Shown: in pieces, positions 27,644-38,078 of the stretch
Position numbering within the stretch: the stretch's first letter is position 1
How the letters are laid out: every line of letters begins with the position of its first letter
Sequence record: SRR31156797_135
DNA length: 41,421 bases
Direction: 5' to 3' (one strand)
Translations under genes and position numbers: made by a program
The notes under the pieces: generated by a model
Databases searched by the model: none
What the model was told of the DNA's origin: nothing
What the model saw: only the letters and a program-made list of their open reading frames with translations

Positions 27644-28660
27644 ATGAAAAAAAGAAGAGTCACAATAAACGATATAGCTCAAGAGCTCAATGTATCCAAA
27701 ACATTGGTTTCCATGGTATTGAATGGAAAAGGAAATGCCAATGCTATTAATAAGGAGACGCAAAAAAAGGTGCTTGACAAAGCCAAAGAACTGAACTACA
27801 AACCCAACCAGGTAGCTCGTGGATTAAGAATGGGTACTACTAAAACCATTGGTTTGATTGTGGCTGATATCTCTAACCCGTTTTTTGCCAGAATTACCCG
27901 CACCATAGAGCATTTTGCTGAAAAAGAGGGATACAATATCATAGTTTGCAGCTCAGATGAAAATGACGACAAGGAGAACGACTTACTCAGGACGCTCATC
28001 AACAGACAGGTTGATGGCATTATCATGAGTTCAACACAAAAAGACACATCCAAAATTGAGCAAATTGTGTCTGAAAGAATGCCTATAGTGCTATTCGACC
28101 GTAAATTTGAAAAATCCAATTATAGTTCTGTAACTGTTGATAACCGTGAAGCTAGTCGGGAAGCAATAGAATATTTTGTCCAAAAAGGTCATAAGAACAT
28201 TGGATTTATCACCTTAGCTCCCAGTCATATTAGTCCACTTATCGATCGTAAAAAAGGTTTCCTTGAAGCCATGGAAGAGAATAATCTGTCGGTTGATACA
28301 AACAATATATTGGAACTTGGTTTTTACGACCTAAAAGACAAACAATATGATCAAATCAGGGATTATTTAGAGCAAAACAAGGATTTAACGGCTGTTTTTA
28401 CTACCAACAATAGCATTGTAGTTGGTTGTATGGAAGCTATGAATAGCCTTAGCAGAAGCATTCCGGAGGATCTATCGATTATTACATTTGATGACGTTGA
28501 ACTTTTCAAGTATACTAATCCCCCACTATCTTCTATTGCACAACCTTTAGAAGAGATTGGTCAGCATACTGTTTCAATCTTGTTGGATCAAATTAAAAAC
28601 GGAAATGAAGAGATCCAACATAAAGTATTACACACAACCCTCAATATCCGCCGATCATGA
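27644..28660 (+). CDS. LacI-family transcriptional regulator
   Basis: VTINDIAQELNVSKTLVSMVLNG HTH, YKPNQVARGL hinge, sugar-binding domain (IPEDLSIITFDD). Confidence 0.96.
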   Translation: MKKRRVTINDIAQELNVSKTLVSMVLNGKGNANAINKETQKKVLDKAKELNYKPNQVARGLRMGTTKTIGLIVADISNPFFARITRTIEHFAEKEGYNIIVCSSDENDDKENDLLRTLINRQVDGIIMSSTQKDTSKIEQIVSERMPIVLFDRKFEKSNYSSVTVDNREASREAIEYFVQKGHKNIGFITLAPSHISPLIDRKKGFLEAMEENNLSVDTNNILELGFYDLKDKQYDQIRDYLEQNKDLTAVFTTNNSIVVGCMEAMNSLSRSIPEDLSIITFDDVELFKYTNPPLSSIAQPLEEIGQHTVSILLDQIKNGNEEIQHKVLHTTLNIRRS

Positions 28661-31600
28661 AGAACTGCCCGTTACTCATACTCATCTTTATCTTTGGCTT
28701 TACAAATTCCGTATTGGCACAGCAGAATATTTCGGGAAAAGTCACCTCTGCAGATACCAACGAACCTATACCTTTTGTCAATATTGTTGCGCTGAAATCA
28801 AAACAGGGCACAACTTCCGGCATTGATGGAGCATTCAGCATTTCGTTACCAGCCAACGAAACGCATTTAATCTTTTCTGCAATTGGTTTTAAACAAGACA
28901 CTATTCCTGTCCTAACTCAAATGAATGTGGAAATGCAACCCATTACTATGCAATTGGATGAATATGTTGTAACTGCATTGGGTATTAAGCGAGAGAAAAA
29001 ATCATTGGGTTATGCTATGACCGAACTTCAAGGTGATGAACTTCAGAAAAATAGTGAGTTTAGCGTAATTGATAAGCTGGCCGGACGTGTGGCCGGACTT
29101 GACATAAGTGCAACCAATGGAGGTGCAGGTGCATCGAGCAGAATTGTTCTGCGCGGTAATAATTCGATTACAGGTGATAATCAGGCTTTAATCGTAGTTG
29201 ATGGTGTTCCTATCAATAACTATACAAGCAGTAATTCAGGCGATGAATGGGGTGGTCGCGATTTCGGTAACTCCGTGTCAGATATTAATCCAGACGATAT
29301 TGAAAGCATCTCGGTACTAAAAGGTGCCAGTGCATCGGCCCTTTATGGCTCACAAGCCATGGATGGTGTAATTTTAATTACGACCAAGTCCGGAACTGCT
29401 CGCAAAGGGGTTGGAATCAATTTTAGCTCAAGCACCTCATTTGAAACACCTTACATTCATTACGACCTGCAAAATACATATGGTGCCGGGCGCAATGGCC
29501 AATTTGAGGGTGCATGGGACATGGTTAATGGTATTCCTGTTTTCAACACCGGGTATGATTTTGCCAAAGGTAGCTGGGGACCACGCATGGAAGGGCAAAC
29601 CATTATTGACTGGGATGGCCAGGAACGATCATTTTCTCCTCAACCAGATAATTATCGGGACTATTTCAGAACAGGGATCACATCCAATAACGCAATCGGA
29701 ATTGATGGAGGCAATAAAAAACTTACTTACCGATTATCTGCTTCCAATATTCTCATTAAAGATATTGTACCTGAATCAGATATTGACCGTACCAATGTAG
29801 GTCTAAATTTGAATTGGAACATACGCTCGAACCTGAAGCTCAAAACCTATATCAACTATGCGCGTCAAAAAGCAGAAAATCGCCCGGGATTATCTGACGC
29901 ACATGATAATGTAAACCGCAACTACATACACATGCCGCGAAATATCAGTACGGAATCACTACGAAATTATTATCAGGATGCTGACCGTAACGAAGTGACA
30001 TGGTATGAAAACTGGAGCTGGATGACTAATCCATTCTGGAACATCGAATATCAGAAAAATGAAGATACACGGAATCGCTATTTTGGCAATGCTTCGCTTA
30101 TTTGGGATGCTACGGATAAAATCAAATTGCTGATACGTTCAGCACCTGACTATTACAAAACCGACGCCTGGTACATTGATGCTCAGGGAGGTAAAATTTA
30201 TGGCTTGGGGCGTTATGGTGAATCGGTTGATGAGCATTTTTTAATCAACAACGACTTTCTGGCTACCTACTCCGATTCCATTAATCAAAATTGGGTGTAC
30301 AATGTAAACATTGGTGGTAATAGTATGTATTACAAACACTTCAACAGAGTTTCCAATACCGATGGTGGGTTAATAAAGCCATACGTATATGAATTAAGCA
30401 ACTCCGTCAATCCGATTTATACCAGGCCGTATAAAATGGAAGCTGCGAAAAACTCTTTATATGCATTCGGTCAAATAGCCTACAAAAACTACATCTTTTT
30501 AGATATTACAGGTCGCAACGATTGGTCATCTACCCTGCCTGAGAATAAAAATTCATTCTTTTATCCATCCACAAGCTTGAGTTTTGTTTACTCTGAGTTG
30601 ATTAACCGCAAATGGGGTGAAGATCATTTTTTCTCTTTCGGTAAGTTCAGAATTTCATACGCCGGAGTTGGAAACGATGCGGAACCTTATCAACTGGAAA
30701 CTACCTACGAAATAGTTGACAATGAAGGTTATGGTCAAATGGCATTCATCGATAAAACAGTGTCAAACCTGGGATTAAAACCCGAACTGGTAAATTCTTT
30801 TGAGATTGGCTCAGAGATGAAACTTTTCATGAATCGTCTTGGCATTGATGTAACCTATTACGACACACGTACGCACAATCAAATATCCATCATGCCGGTT
30901 TCGGCCACATCAGGTTACAGCCATGCTATTATTAACTCAGGGATAATCAAAAACAATGGTTGGGAGTTACAATTGAATGCTACGCCTATTGACACCAAAT
31001 CGTTTAAATGGGATATCAATATTGGTTATGCCAAAAACCATTCAGAAGTATTGAAACTAGCACCAAATGTAGAGAGCGCCATTCTTTATAGCCACTGGCG
31101 GTTGAATATTGAAGCTCGACCCGGGCATGCCTATGGTGATATTGTGGGATATGGTTTCCAACGCGATGCTAATGGCAACATCCTGGTTGATGCCAATGGA
31201 ATGGTACTCAGAGATGAAAATCCTAAAGTATTGGGTAATATCACCCCGGATTTCACCTTAACCTATGGTAACACATTCACTTATAAAAACCTGTCTCTTT
31301 ATTTTATGATACAGGGTAAAATTGGTGGGGACATGTTTTCCGGCACCAACATGTATGGTAATGGATATGCCGGAAATTTCGTTGAATCACTGGAAGGCAG
31401 AGAAGGATGGTATCAATCTGAACAAGAACGAATTGATGCAGGTATAAGCACTGAAGACTGGGTTCCTACAGGAGGATATTTAGTAAATGGCGTTTATGCT
31501 GAAGGAACCATTATCAATGGTATTAATGTGAGCGGTCAACCCAATGTAACCTATGTAAATCCATATGATTACTATTACAAAGTTTCGCTGTGGCAGGAAG

Positions 31601-31869
31601 AAATACACGAACCATTTATTTATGATGCCAGTTTTGTAAAGCTTCGTGAAGTATCACTGACTTATCAACTACCGAAAAAGTTGATAAACAGATTCAAACT
31701 AAAAGGAGCTTCCTTTGGCGTATATGGCACAAACCTGTGGCTCATTTACAGCAAAGTGCCCAATATTGATCCTGAAACCATGCTTACAAACGGCAACGGG
31801 CAAGGATATGAATTGTATTCTTATCCTAATCCAAGAAGTATTGGATTCCGGTTAACTGTGAACATTTAA
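28657..31869 (+). CDS. SusC/RagA-family TonB-dependent transporter
   Basis: VVTALGIKRE, VDGVP, DINPDDIESISVLKGASASALYGS plug motif, RNDWSSTLP, FVKLREVSLTY; ATGA overlap with the LacI gene. Confidence 0.97.
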   Translation: MKNCPLLILIFIFGFTNSVLAQQNISGKVTSADTNEPIPFVNIVALKSKQGTTSGIDGAFSISLPANETHLIFSAIGFKQDTIPVLTQMNVEMQPITMQLDEYVVTALGIKREKKSLGYAMTELQGDELQKNSEFSVIDKLAGRVAGLDISATNGGAGASSRIVLRGNNSITGDNQALIVVDGVPINNYTSSNSGDEWGGRDFGNSVSDINPDDIESISVLKGASASALYGSQAMDGVILITTKSGTARKGVGINFSSSTSFETPYIHYDLQNTYGAGRNGQFEGAWDMVNGIPVFNTGYDFAKGSWGPRMEGQTIIDWDGQERSFSPQPDNYRDYFRTGITSNNAIGIDGGNKKLTYRLSASNILIKDIVPESDIDRTNVGLNLNWNIRSNLKLKTYINYARQKAENRPGLSDAHDNVNRNYIHMPRNISTESLRNYYQDADRNEVTWYENWSWMTNPFWNIEYQKNEDTRNRYFGNASLIWDATDKIKLLIRSAPDYYKTDAWYIDAQGGKIYGLGRYGESVDEHFLINNDFLATYSDSINQNWVYNVNIGGNSMYYKHFNRVSNTDGGLIKPYVYELSNSVNPIYTRPYKMEAAKNSLYAFGQIAYKNYIFLDITGRNDWSSTLPENKNSFFYPSTSLSFVYSELINRKWGEDHFFSFGKFRISYAGVGNDAEPYQLETTYEIVDNEGYGQMAFIDKTVSNLGLKPELVNSFEIGSEMKLFMNRLGIDVTYYDTRTHNQISIMPVSATSGYSHAIINSGIIKNNGWELQLNATPIDTKSFKWDINIGYAKNHSEVLKLAPNVESAILYSHWRLNIEARPGHAYGDIVGYGFQRDANGNILVDANGMVLRDENPKVLGNITPDFTLTYGNTFTYKNLSLYFMIQGKIGGDMFSGTNMYGNGYAGNFVESLEGREGWYQSEQERIDAGISTEDWVPTGGYLVNGVYAEGTIINGINVSGQPNVTYVNPYDYYYKVSLWQEEIHEPFIYDASFVKLREVSLTYQLPKKLINRFKLKGASFGVYGTNLWLIYSKVPNIDPETMLTNGNGQGYELYSYPNPRSIGFRLTVNI

Positions 31870-31871
31870 AA

Positions 31872-33461
31872 ATGTGTCTAATGATCATACAAGAAAGAAC
31901 ACATAAATTTGATTTGATTCAAGTAGCCAAAAAGCTACTTCATCTGGCTCTATTTGCAGTCCTATTGATCTATATTTCAGGTTGTACCGACATTACAGAT
32001 TTAAACGAGGACCCCAATCAATCGCAAGAAGTAGATCCCGACTTATTATTCAAATATGCCGTGAAGCGCGGAATGGGAAACTATATCACCCAATCATTTT
32101 TAGAATACAATGGCATTCAGCAATGGATAATGTACATGGCCACACGCGGTGGGGTGGAAACCGGAAACGAATATGTGCAGCCTTCCACGGCAGAGAGTTT
32201 CTGGAATGAAAGCTACATTGACGCCATGAATAATGCCCAAAAGGTTATTGATTTTACAGAAGGAAATACTGACTTAAGTAATAAAAAAGCTGCTGCACTC
32301 ATATGGAAAACATTCATTATAAGTCGCGTAACAGATTTGTGGGGAGCAGCTCCATACTCACACGCATTACAAGGAAATCCTGAATTAGATTTCACACCTG
32401 AATACGATACACAGCAGGAGATTTACGAGAAAATGATGGCTGATTTACAAACAGCCCTTGAACTTCTTGATCCCTCTAAACCATTTTTTGACGCTGAAAG
32501 CGATCTGATTTATGGCGGAAACGTCGACAACTGGATCAGTTTTGCCAATTCATTACGTCTACGTTTTGCAGTTCGCATCCACCATATATATCCCGAGTTA
32601 GCCTCTACTGCTTTTGATGACATAAGCAACTACCCGTTGATTGAGTCCAATAGCGCTAATGCTACTTTTTTGTACAACACTGTGTTTAACAAGCCACTTT
32701 ATGAAGCAGGCAGCATCCGTTATGAAGAGGGGGCATCGTACATCAATCCATCAAAGTTTTTAGTTGATTTATTGGTGAATACAAACGATCCAAGAACACG
32801 CTTTTTATTTGAAAAAGCACAATTGTCTGAGATCTTTCCTTTTTTGGATGAATACCGTGGGGTACCCAACCTATTAAGCTATATCAGCGAGGAATGGGAA
32901 AACTATAATCTGGATGCACAACTGGGTGATCCAAATGGTGAATGGGGTGATGTTTCCCGTATCGGAAACTGGTACATGAACAATGACCGCCCCTTCCCCA
33001 TTATCACTTGTAGCGAAGTAGCATTTCTGAAAGCTGAAGCTGTATTGAACGGTAACTGGGCCGGAAATGCGCAAAATCTATTTGAAGAAGGGATAAACAA
33101 CCATGTGGATTATATCAATCAATATGCATTTGACATTAATGCTATTTCACAAATTGAATTGGGCAACTATTTAAATCAATTTAGTTCAGTAGAATTAGAA
33201 GACATTATCACACAGAAATACATTCTGTTTGCCTATGAAAATGTATTTGAGGCTTATAACGATTACCGCCGAACTGGCTACCCTGTGTTGTTAGATTTTT
33301 ATGAAAACCCTATTGACCTGACAAATTTCCCTCAGCGATTGGTTTATCCATTTACTGAGTACACGTATAATCGCGAAAACTATCTGAATGCCATCGAGTT
33401 GCAAGGGCCAGACGAGCTTACAACAAGGTTTTGGTGGAATGTGAATAGAGGAAAACGGTAA
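31872..33461 (+). CDS. SusD/RagB-family nutrient-binding lipoprotein
   Basis: Lipobox ISGC then NEDPN; TDLWGAAPYS, FANSLRLR, DPR, IITQKY, YRRTGYP; exact start uncertain. Confidence 0.95.
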   Translation: MCLMIIQERTHKFDLIQVAKKLLHLALFAVLLIYISGCTDITDLNEDPNQSQEVDPDLLFKYAVKRGMGNYITQSFLEYNGIQQWIMYMATRGGVETGNEYVQPSTAESFWNESYIDAMNNAQKVIDFTEGNTDLSNKKAAALIWKTFIISRVTDLWGAAPYSHALQGNPELDFTPEYDTQQEIYEKMMADLQTALELLDPSKPFFDAESDLIYGGNVDNWISFANSLRLRFAVRIHHIYPELASTAFDDISNYPLIESNSANATFLYNTVFNKPLYEAGSIRYEEGASYINPSKFLVDLLVNTNDPRTRFLFEKAQLSEIFPFLDEYRGVPNLLSYISEEWENYNLDAQLGDPNGEWGDVSRIGNWYMNNDRPFPIITCSEVAFLKAEAVLNGNWAGNAQNLFEEGINNHVDYINQYAFDINAISQIELGNYLNQFSSVELEDIITQKYILFAYENVFEAYNDYRRTGYPVLLDFYENPIDLTNFPQRLVYPFTEYTYNRENYLNAIELQGPDELTTRFWWNVNRGKR

Positions 33462-33469
33462 AGGCTTAG

Positions 33470-33566
33470 AAAGATAAAAGATTAAAGATGAAAGTAAAAA
33501 GATAAAAAAAAGCTACGAGCTGAGAGCAAAGGGCGAAGGGCTAAGGCTAAAAGCAAAGAACTAAAA
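33470..33566. repeat. degenerate purine-rich 7-bp arrays (AAAGATA-type then AGCTAAG-type)
   Basis: AAAGATA AAAGATT AAAGATG AAAGTAA AAAGATA ... AGCTACG AGCTGAG AGCAAAG GGCGAAG GGCTAAG right after the SusD-family stop codon. Confidence 0.7.
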
Positions 33567-33689
33567 ATAGCATTGAAATAAAAGAAAGAAATTATAATAC
33601 AAACAGATAAAAAATGACGATTTAACTTGAAATTAATTAAAAAAGATCGAGAAGTGAATCTGGAAAACAGAATTGATAATCGCTAATAA

Positions 33690-33714
33690 TTCTGTATTCT
33701 GTATTCTGACTTCT
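33690..33714. repeat. short TTCTGTA heptamer array
   Basis: TTCTGTA TTCTGTA TTCTGAC TTCT, same unit as the 16.0-kb array. Confidence 0.65.
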
Positions 33715-33788
33715 TAGTAAAACTAGAGTATAAAAACATATATATAAAGAAGTGATATAACTATTGAAATAAAATAATAACTCAAACT

Positions 33789-35285
33789 ATGAATAAACTT
33801 CTACTTTTGATTTCCCTATTTATTTTGACCTTGTCGGGTTTTGCTCAGCAGAACCTGGCCTGGTCTATTGATTATGAAACATGGGACAATAACGGTCAAC
33901 CATCCTTATTCATCAACTGTGGCAATGATAACCTGTTTAATGCCGGTGATGAAATTACCATCGAAATGTGGATAAGGGCCTATACTTTTGCCGAAAACCG
34001 TAAAGTGTTAGGTAAAATCGTATATCATGATCCCATAGATAATGGTTATGTGGTTGGATTTGAAAACCTGCATGTGTATGCTGAATATTTTAACCCAACA
34101 CTGCAGCAAGTTCCCAGACCGGGCGATGGTCCAATGCCATCTGATTCATCATATGTGCACATGGTGACAACCTATTCTGCCAACACAGGAGATATTAAAA
34201 ACTATGTAAATGGTGTGCTGGCTGGTGAAACAACTATGTTTCCATCAGATCCTGTTACAGACAATGAAGCTCCTTTCATAATAGGTAATGCACCATGGGA
34301 TACGCTTTCATTCCAGTTTTATGGTGATTTAGATGAAGTTCGAATCTGGGATCAGGCCAAATCTCAAACTGAAATCCTTGAAATGATGCACTACGAGCTT
34401 GAAGGTACGGAAACAGGGCTTGTAGCCTACTACAATTTTAACGAAGCCAGTGATGCCAATGTACCGGACAAATCGCCCAATGCATTTCATGGCACATTAT
34501 CAAACTATGATCATATCAGTACATCCTTTGCCACCAGCGGAGCACCTGTAGGAGATCGAATCATGGCCACGATGCAGGATGTCGGTGCTATCTGGTATCG
34601 CAATGTGGAGAATTTCCATCGGCTGGTTACTGATAACGGAGTTACCATAATAAGCGATCTGCAAGCCAAAGAATTTAAAAAATACCTGGTCATAGGACAC
34701 AATGGAGCTACCGGAGTTACGGCTGATGATATGCCAACTATAAATCCTGCAGGATTCCAACGTACGGCGCGCGAATGGTACGTGAACAGCAGTAGCAATT
34801 TTTGGGGCGGTCTCACCGTAACCCTCAATGATGCAGCATTTAACGATGGTTTCCCCGATGATGCGCCCTTGGAAAACTATGCATTACTTTATCGCACCAG
34901 CGATTCAGAACCTTACAAAACAGTATTGCATCCCACATCTCCATTTACAGGCATTTTGCAATTCAATACAACCTATTTTGAAAAAGGATATTATGCCATA
35001 GGATATTCAACAGTAGCTATGGAAATACAAGATCCTAATGCCATTGAAGAAAGCTTATTTAACCATGTAAAATTGGCCCCAAACCCTGTGCAATCTCAAC
35101 TTCAAATCACAGGTATTCCGCCATATACAAAAGTATCTGTGTTTAATATTTGTGGCAAGCAAATAATCAATCAACAACTTGAAAGCAACACACTGAATTT
35201 AAGCGAATTAAAGGACGGAATCTACATTCTAAAACTACAATACGGAAATCAAATTTCTACCTATAAAATAATTAAAAATAACTAA
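33789..35285 (+). CDS. secreted LamG/ConA-like domain protein with T9SS C-terminal domain
   Basis: Signal peptide; TIEMWIR, YVNG, GDLDEVRIW, GLVAYYNFNE; C-terminal APNP...GIYILK...KIIKN. Confidence 0.88.
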   Translation: MNKLLLLISLFILTLSGFAQQNLAWSIDYETWDNNGQPSLFINCGNDNLFNAGDEITIEMWIRAYTFAENRKVLGKIVYHDPIDNGYVVGFENLHVYAEYFNPTLQQVPRPGDGPMPSDSSYVHMVTTYSANTGDIKNYVNGVLAGETTMFPSDPVTDNEAPFIIGNAPWDTLSFQFYGDLDEVRIWDQAKSQTEILEMMHYELEGTETGLVAYYNFNEASDANVPDKSPNAFHGTLSNYDHISTSFATSGAPVGDRIMATMQDVGAIWYRNVENFHRLVTDNGVTIISDLQAKEFKKYLVIGHNGATGVTADDMPTINPAGFQRTAREWYVNSSSNFWGGLTVTLNDAAFNDGFPDDAPLENYALLYRTSDSEPYKTVLHPTSPFTGILQFNTTYFEKGYYAIGYSTVAMEIQDPNAIEESLFNHVKLAPNPVQSQLQITGIPPYTKVSVFNICGKQIINQQLESNTLNLSELKDGIYILKLQYGNQISTYKIIKNN

Positions 35286-35296
35286 AGCAAAATACT

Positions 35297-37489
35297 ATGA
35301 AACCTAATGTACTACTAATTACTATCATTTTGCTGGCATTCTCATGGAATGCTATGGCACAAAATTATGCCCTCCAAATGGATGGTACTGATAATAAAGT
35401 CGGGATACTCGACAGCGAAGAACTGAATCCAACTGATGCGCTGACCATTGAAGCATGGATTAAAGCCAACGAATGGCCAAGCAGCGTATGGGCCGGTGTA
35501 ATTCTTGGAAAGCAAGGCACCAACCCAGACAAAGGATACTGTTTTACGGGTGGTGAAAACGGAAAAGTAGAATTCACTGTATCCATTGACGAAGCATGGA
35601 GCGCTGTTTCCACACCAGCCATTCTGGGAACCGATGCCTGGTATCATGTGGCAGGAGTTTTTGATGGCTCTGAAATGAGAATTTATGTCAATGGTATTTT
35701 ACAAAACACAGCTACAGTAAGCGGTAACCCCACCCCAGGTACCGGTGTGGTAATGAATATTGGTGACAACCCTACATGGCCCGGCCGTTTTTGGAACGGT
35801 GTTATTGACGAGGTACGTATATGGAATGTAGCCCGCACTGAACAGGAAATTCAAGAAAATTTAGCTACTGAATTAGTTGGTAACGAAACCGGATTAGTGG
35901 CTTATTACCCTATGAATGAAGGAGAAGGTGACACCATCGCAGATATTTCTGGCAATGAAAATACCGGGACATTGATTAATATGGAAGAATCAGATTGGGT
36001 AGCAGGTTTTGAACCTACCACTTCTGATGTAGGTGTTTTAGGTATTGCTTCTCCATCTATTGTTGGCGATGGATTTTCGGGCACTGAAACAGTTAAAGTT
36101 GAAGTGAAAAACTTTGCCAATAGTCCGGTAAATACTTTCGAATTATCATATGTGGTAAATGGTGGTGATACTATCACTGAAACAGTTTCCACAGAAATTG
36201 CAGCTTTTGAAACTTACATCCACACTTTTGACGGCGCGCTGGATTTAAGCGGAGTAAGTGAAGTTGAAATTACTGCATTCACCACCCTTAATGGTGATTC
36301 AAATATGGAAAATGATACTTTAGCAGAGGTTATTGCCCCTGCACTTAATATTTTAGTCTTCGACGAAGAGCGTCACAACTATGGCAGCTACGGCCAAACA
36401 CAAACACATGTGATGTATATGCCTGAGAATCTGGACGACTACAGTCAAATATTAATGCATATCGATTTAACCTGTCCTGATGGCGGCTGCGATCCATGGG
36501 ATCAACCTGCAAAAGTAAACATCCTTAAAGATGCCGAAACATGGGAAATAGCCCGTTACATTACACCTTATGGTATTGCTTGCGGCGACTGGACATGGGA
36601 TATCTCAGATTTCAGGGAGATACTTACAGAAAGAGTTGAATTGGAAAGCTACATACAAGTTTGGGGTGCATCAGGTTGGCTTTTGACCTTAGAACTTGAA
36701 TTTATAGAAGGTGAAATGCCATACGATGCTGCACATATCTCAAAACTCTGGTGTACAGACAATTGGGTGTATGGAGATCCGGAAGTTTCATACGACTTTG
36801 ATGAAATGATTGTACCTATTGGTGCCAATACAAATGCAGCTAAAATCCGCATGACCATGACCGGTCACGGACAAGGTAACACAGACAATGCAGCTGAGTT
36901 TTCAGAATTCACACACCACATTCATGTGGACGGTGTTGAAACATTTGAACAGCACCTTTGGAAAACAGATTGTAATGTGAACACCTGTAGTCCTCAAAAC
37001 GGAACATGGCAATATTCACGTGCAGGATGGTGTCCCGGACAGGATGTACAACCATGGGAATGGGATATGGAAGGACACTTCACACCGGGCGAACCTGTTA
37101 CATTAGACTTTGTATTGGCTGAGTACACCAATCTGAACAATACAGGTTACAACGGCGGATCACATACCGAACCACATTACCGTTGTCACACTTACTTTGT
37201 GCAATATGAAGGCGCCAACATTGGTACAGATGATGTATTTACAGCCACCAACCAATTTAGCGGCTATCCGAATCCAACCAGCGGCACATTCACAGTGGAA
37301 GGAAAAATAGAACCAATCAAAGAGATTTCGGTTTACAGCATCGATGGTAAATTATTACACACGTACCCTGTAAATCAACAATCACAATACAGCATAGACT
37401 TATCAGTATATTCTTATGGTATTTATATGATTCAGGCCAAATCTGAAAATCACATTGGTACCATCAGAGCTATTGTACAAGGAAAATAA
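35297..37489 (+). CDS. secreted LamG + Ig-like + peptide-N-glycosidase F-like protein with T9SS C-terminal domain
   Basis: LamG (GVIDEVRIW); CDPWD, EIARYITPYG, TGHG, AEF, SRAGWCPG PNGase F motifs; YPNP C-terminal domain. Confidence 0.88.
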   Translation: MKPNVLLITIILLAFSWNAMAQNYALQMDGTDNKVGILDSEELNPTDALTIEAWIKANEWPSSVWAGVILGKQGTNPDKGYCFTGGENGKVEFTVSIDEAWSAVSTPAILGTDAWYHVAGVFDGSEMRIYVNGILQNTATVSGNPTPGTGVVMNIGDNPTWPGRFWNGVIDEVRIWNVARTEQEIQENLATELVGNETGLVAYYPMNEGEGDTIADISGNENTGTLINMEESDWVAGFEPTTSDVGVLGIASPSIVGDGFSGTETVKVEVKNFANSPVNTFELSYVVNGGDTITETVSTEIAAFETYIHTFDGALDLSGVSEVEITAFTTLNGDSNMENDTLAEVIAPALNILVFDEERHNYGSYGQTQTHVMYMPENLDDYSQILMHIDLTCPDGGCDPWDQPAKVNILKDAETWEIARYITPYGIACGDWTWDISDFREILTERVELESYIQVWGASGWLLTLELEFIEGEMPYDAAHISKLWCTDNWVYGDPEVSYDFDEMIVPIGANTNAAKIRMTMTGHGQGNTDNAAEFSEFTHHIHVDGVETFEQHLWKTDCNVNTCSPQNGTWQYSRAGWCPGQDVQPWEWDMEGHFTPGEPVTLDFVLAEYTNLNNTGYNGGSHTEPHYRCHTYFVQYEGANIGTDDVFTATNQFSGYPNPTSGTFTVEGKIEPIKEISVYSIDGKLLHTYPVNQQSQYSIDLSVYSYGIYMIQAKSENHIGTIRAIVQGK

Positions 37490-37522
37490 AAAATCCCGGA
37501 AATAACTAGAAAGTAACTTTTC

Positions 37523-37556
37523 GAACCCTGTTGCAGCAATGTAGCGGGGTTCTTTT
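37523..37556 (+). terminator. intrinsic terminator of the SusC/SusD locus
   Basis: 13-bp stem GAACCCTGTTGCA / TGTAGCGGGGTTC (3 G-U pairs), GCAA tetraloop, followed by TTTT. Confidence 0.85.
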
Positions 37557-37687
37557 ATGTTTCATGTCTCATGTTATAAAGTTTCAAGTTAGCAATGAAC
37601 TACTTAGCCTTTAAAATGAGACTTAAAAAATGTCCTACAAAAAATATTGTATATTTAGTTATAGAAAATCAATAAACTAAAAAGAAA

Positions 37688-38074
37688 ATGAACTATTTAA
37701 TTTTTACCGCAGCAATTCTTGCACTGATCGCATTTATTACACATGTTACAATGGGTCAAAAAAAATACCTTAAACCGGTAATGAATTCAGAAGCAGATGC
37801 AGTATCCAAAAAATTTGTACAAAGTCTATTTCATTGCATGACAGTTTTCATACTATTCTCCACCATCATTTTACTTGCCGGAAGTCATAGCTCATGCCCA
37901 CTTTACGCCTATGTAATGCATATGGTTCGATTTATAGCTGTTGTATTTGGATTATTTGCAGTAACATCACTTGTTATTGCATTAACTTCTAAAATTGAAG
38001 GTGGCTTGCTAAAACTATATCAATGGGTATTGTGGACAGCAATTTCAGCTCTGGCTGTGTTTGGTTCTATATAA
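37688..38074 (+). CDS. small integral membrane protein (about 4 TM)
   Basis: Four hydrophobic segments; His residues in the first two helices. Confidence 0.75.
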   Translation: MNYLIFTAAILALIAFITHVTMGQKKYLKPVMNSEADAVSKKFVQSLFHCMTVFILFSTIILLAGSHSSCPLYAYVMHMVRFIAVVFGLFAVTSLVIALTSKIEGGLLKLYQWVLWTAISALAVFGSI

Positions 38075-38078
38075 TAAG

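Noticed and set aside
34500-36858. Antisense and alternative-frame ORFs here and elsewhere in the track (e.g. 27796-28119, 29411-29800, 40874-41239)
   Set aside because: They lie within well-supported genes and show no recognisable motifs
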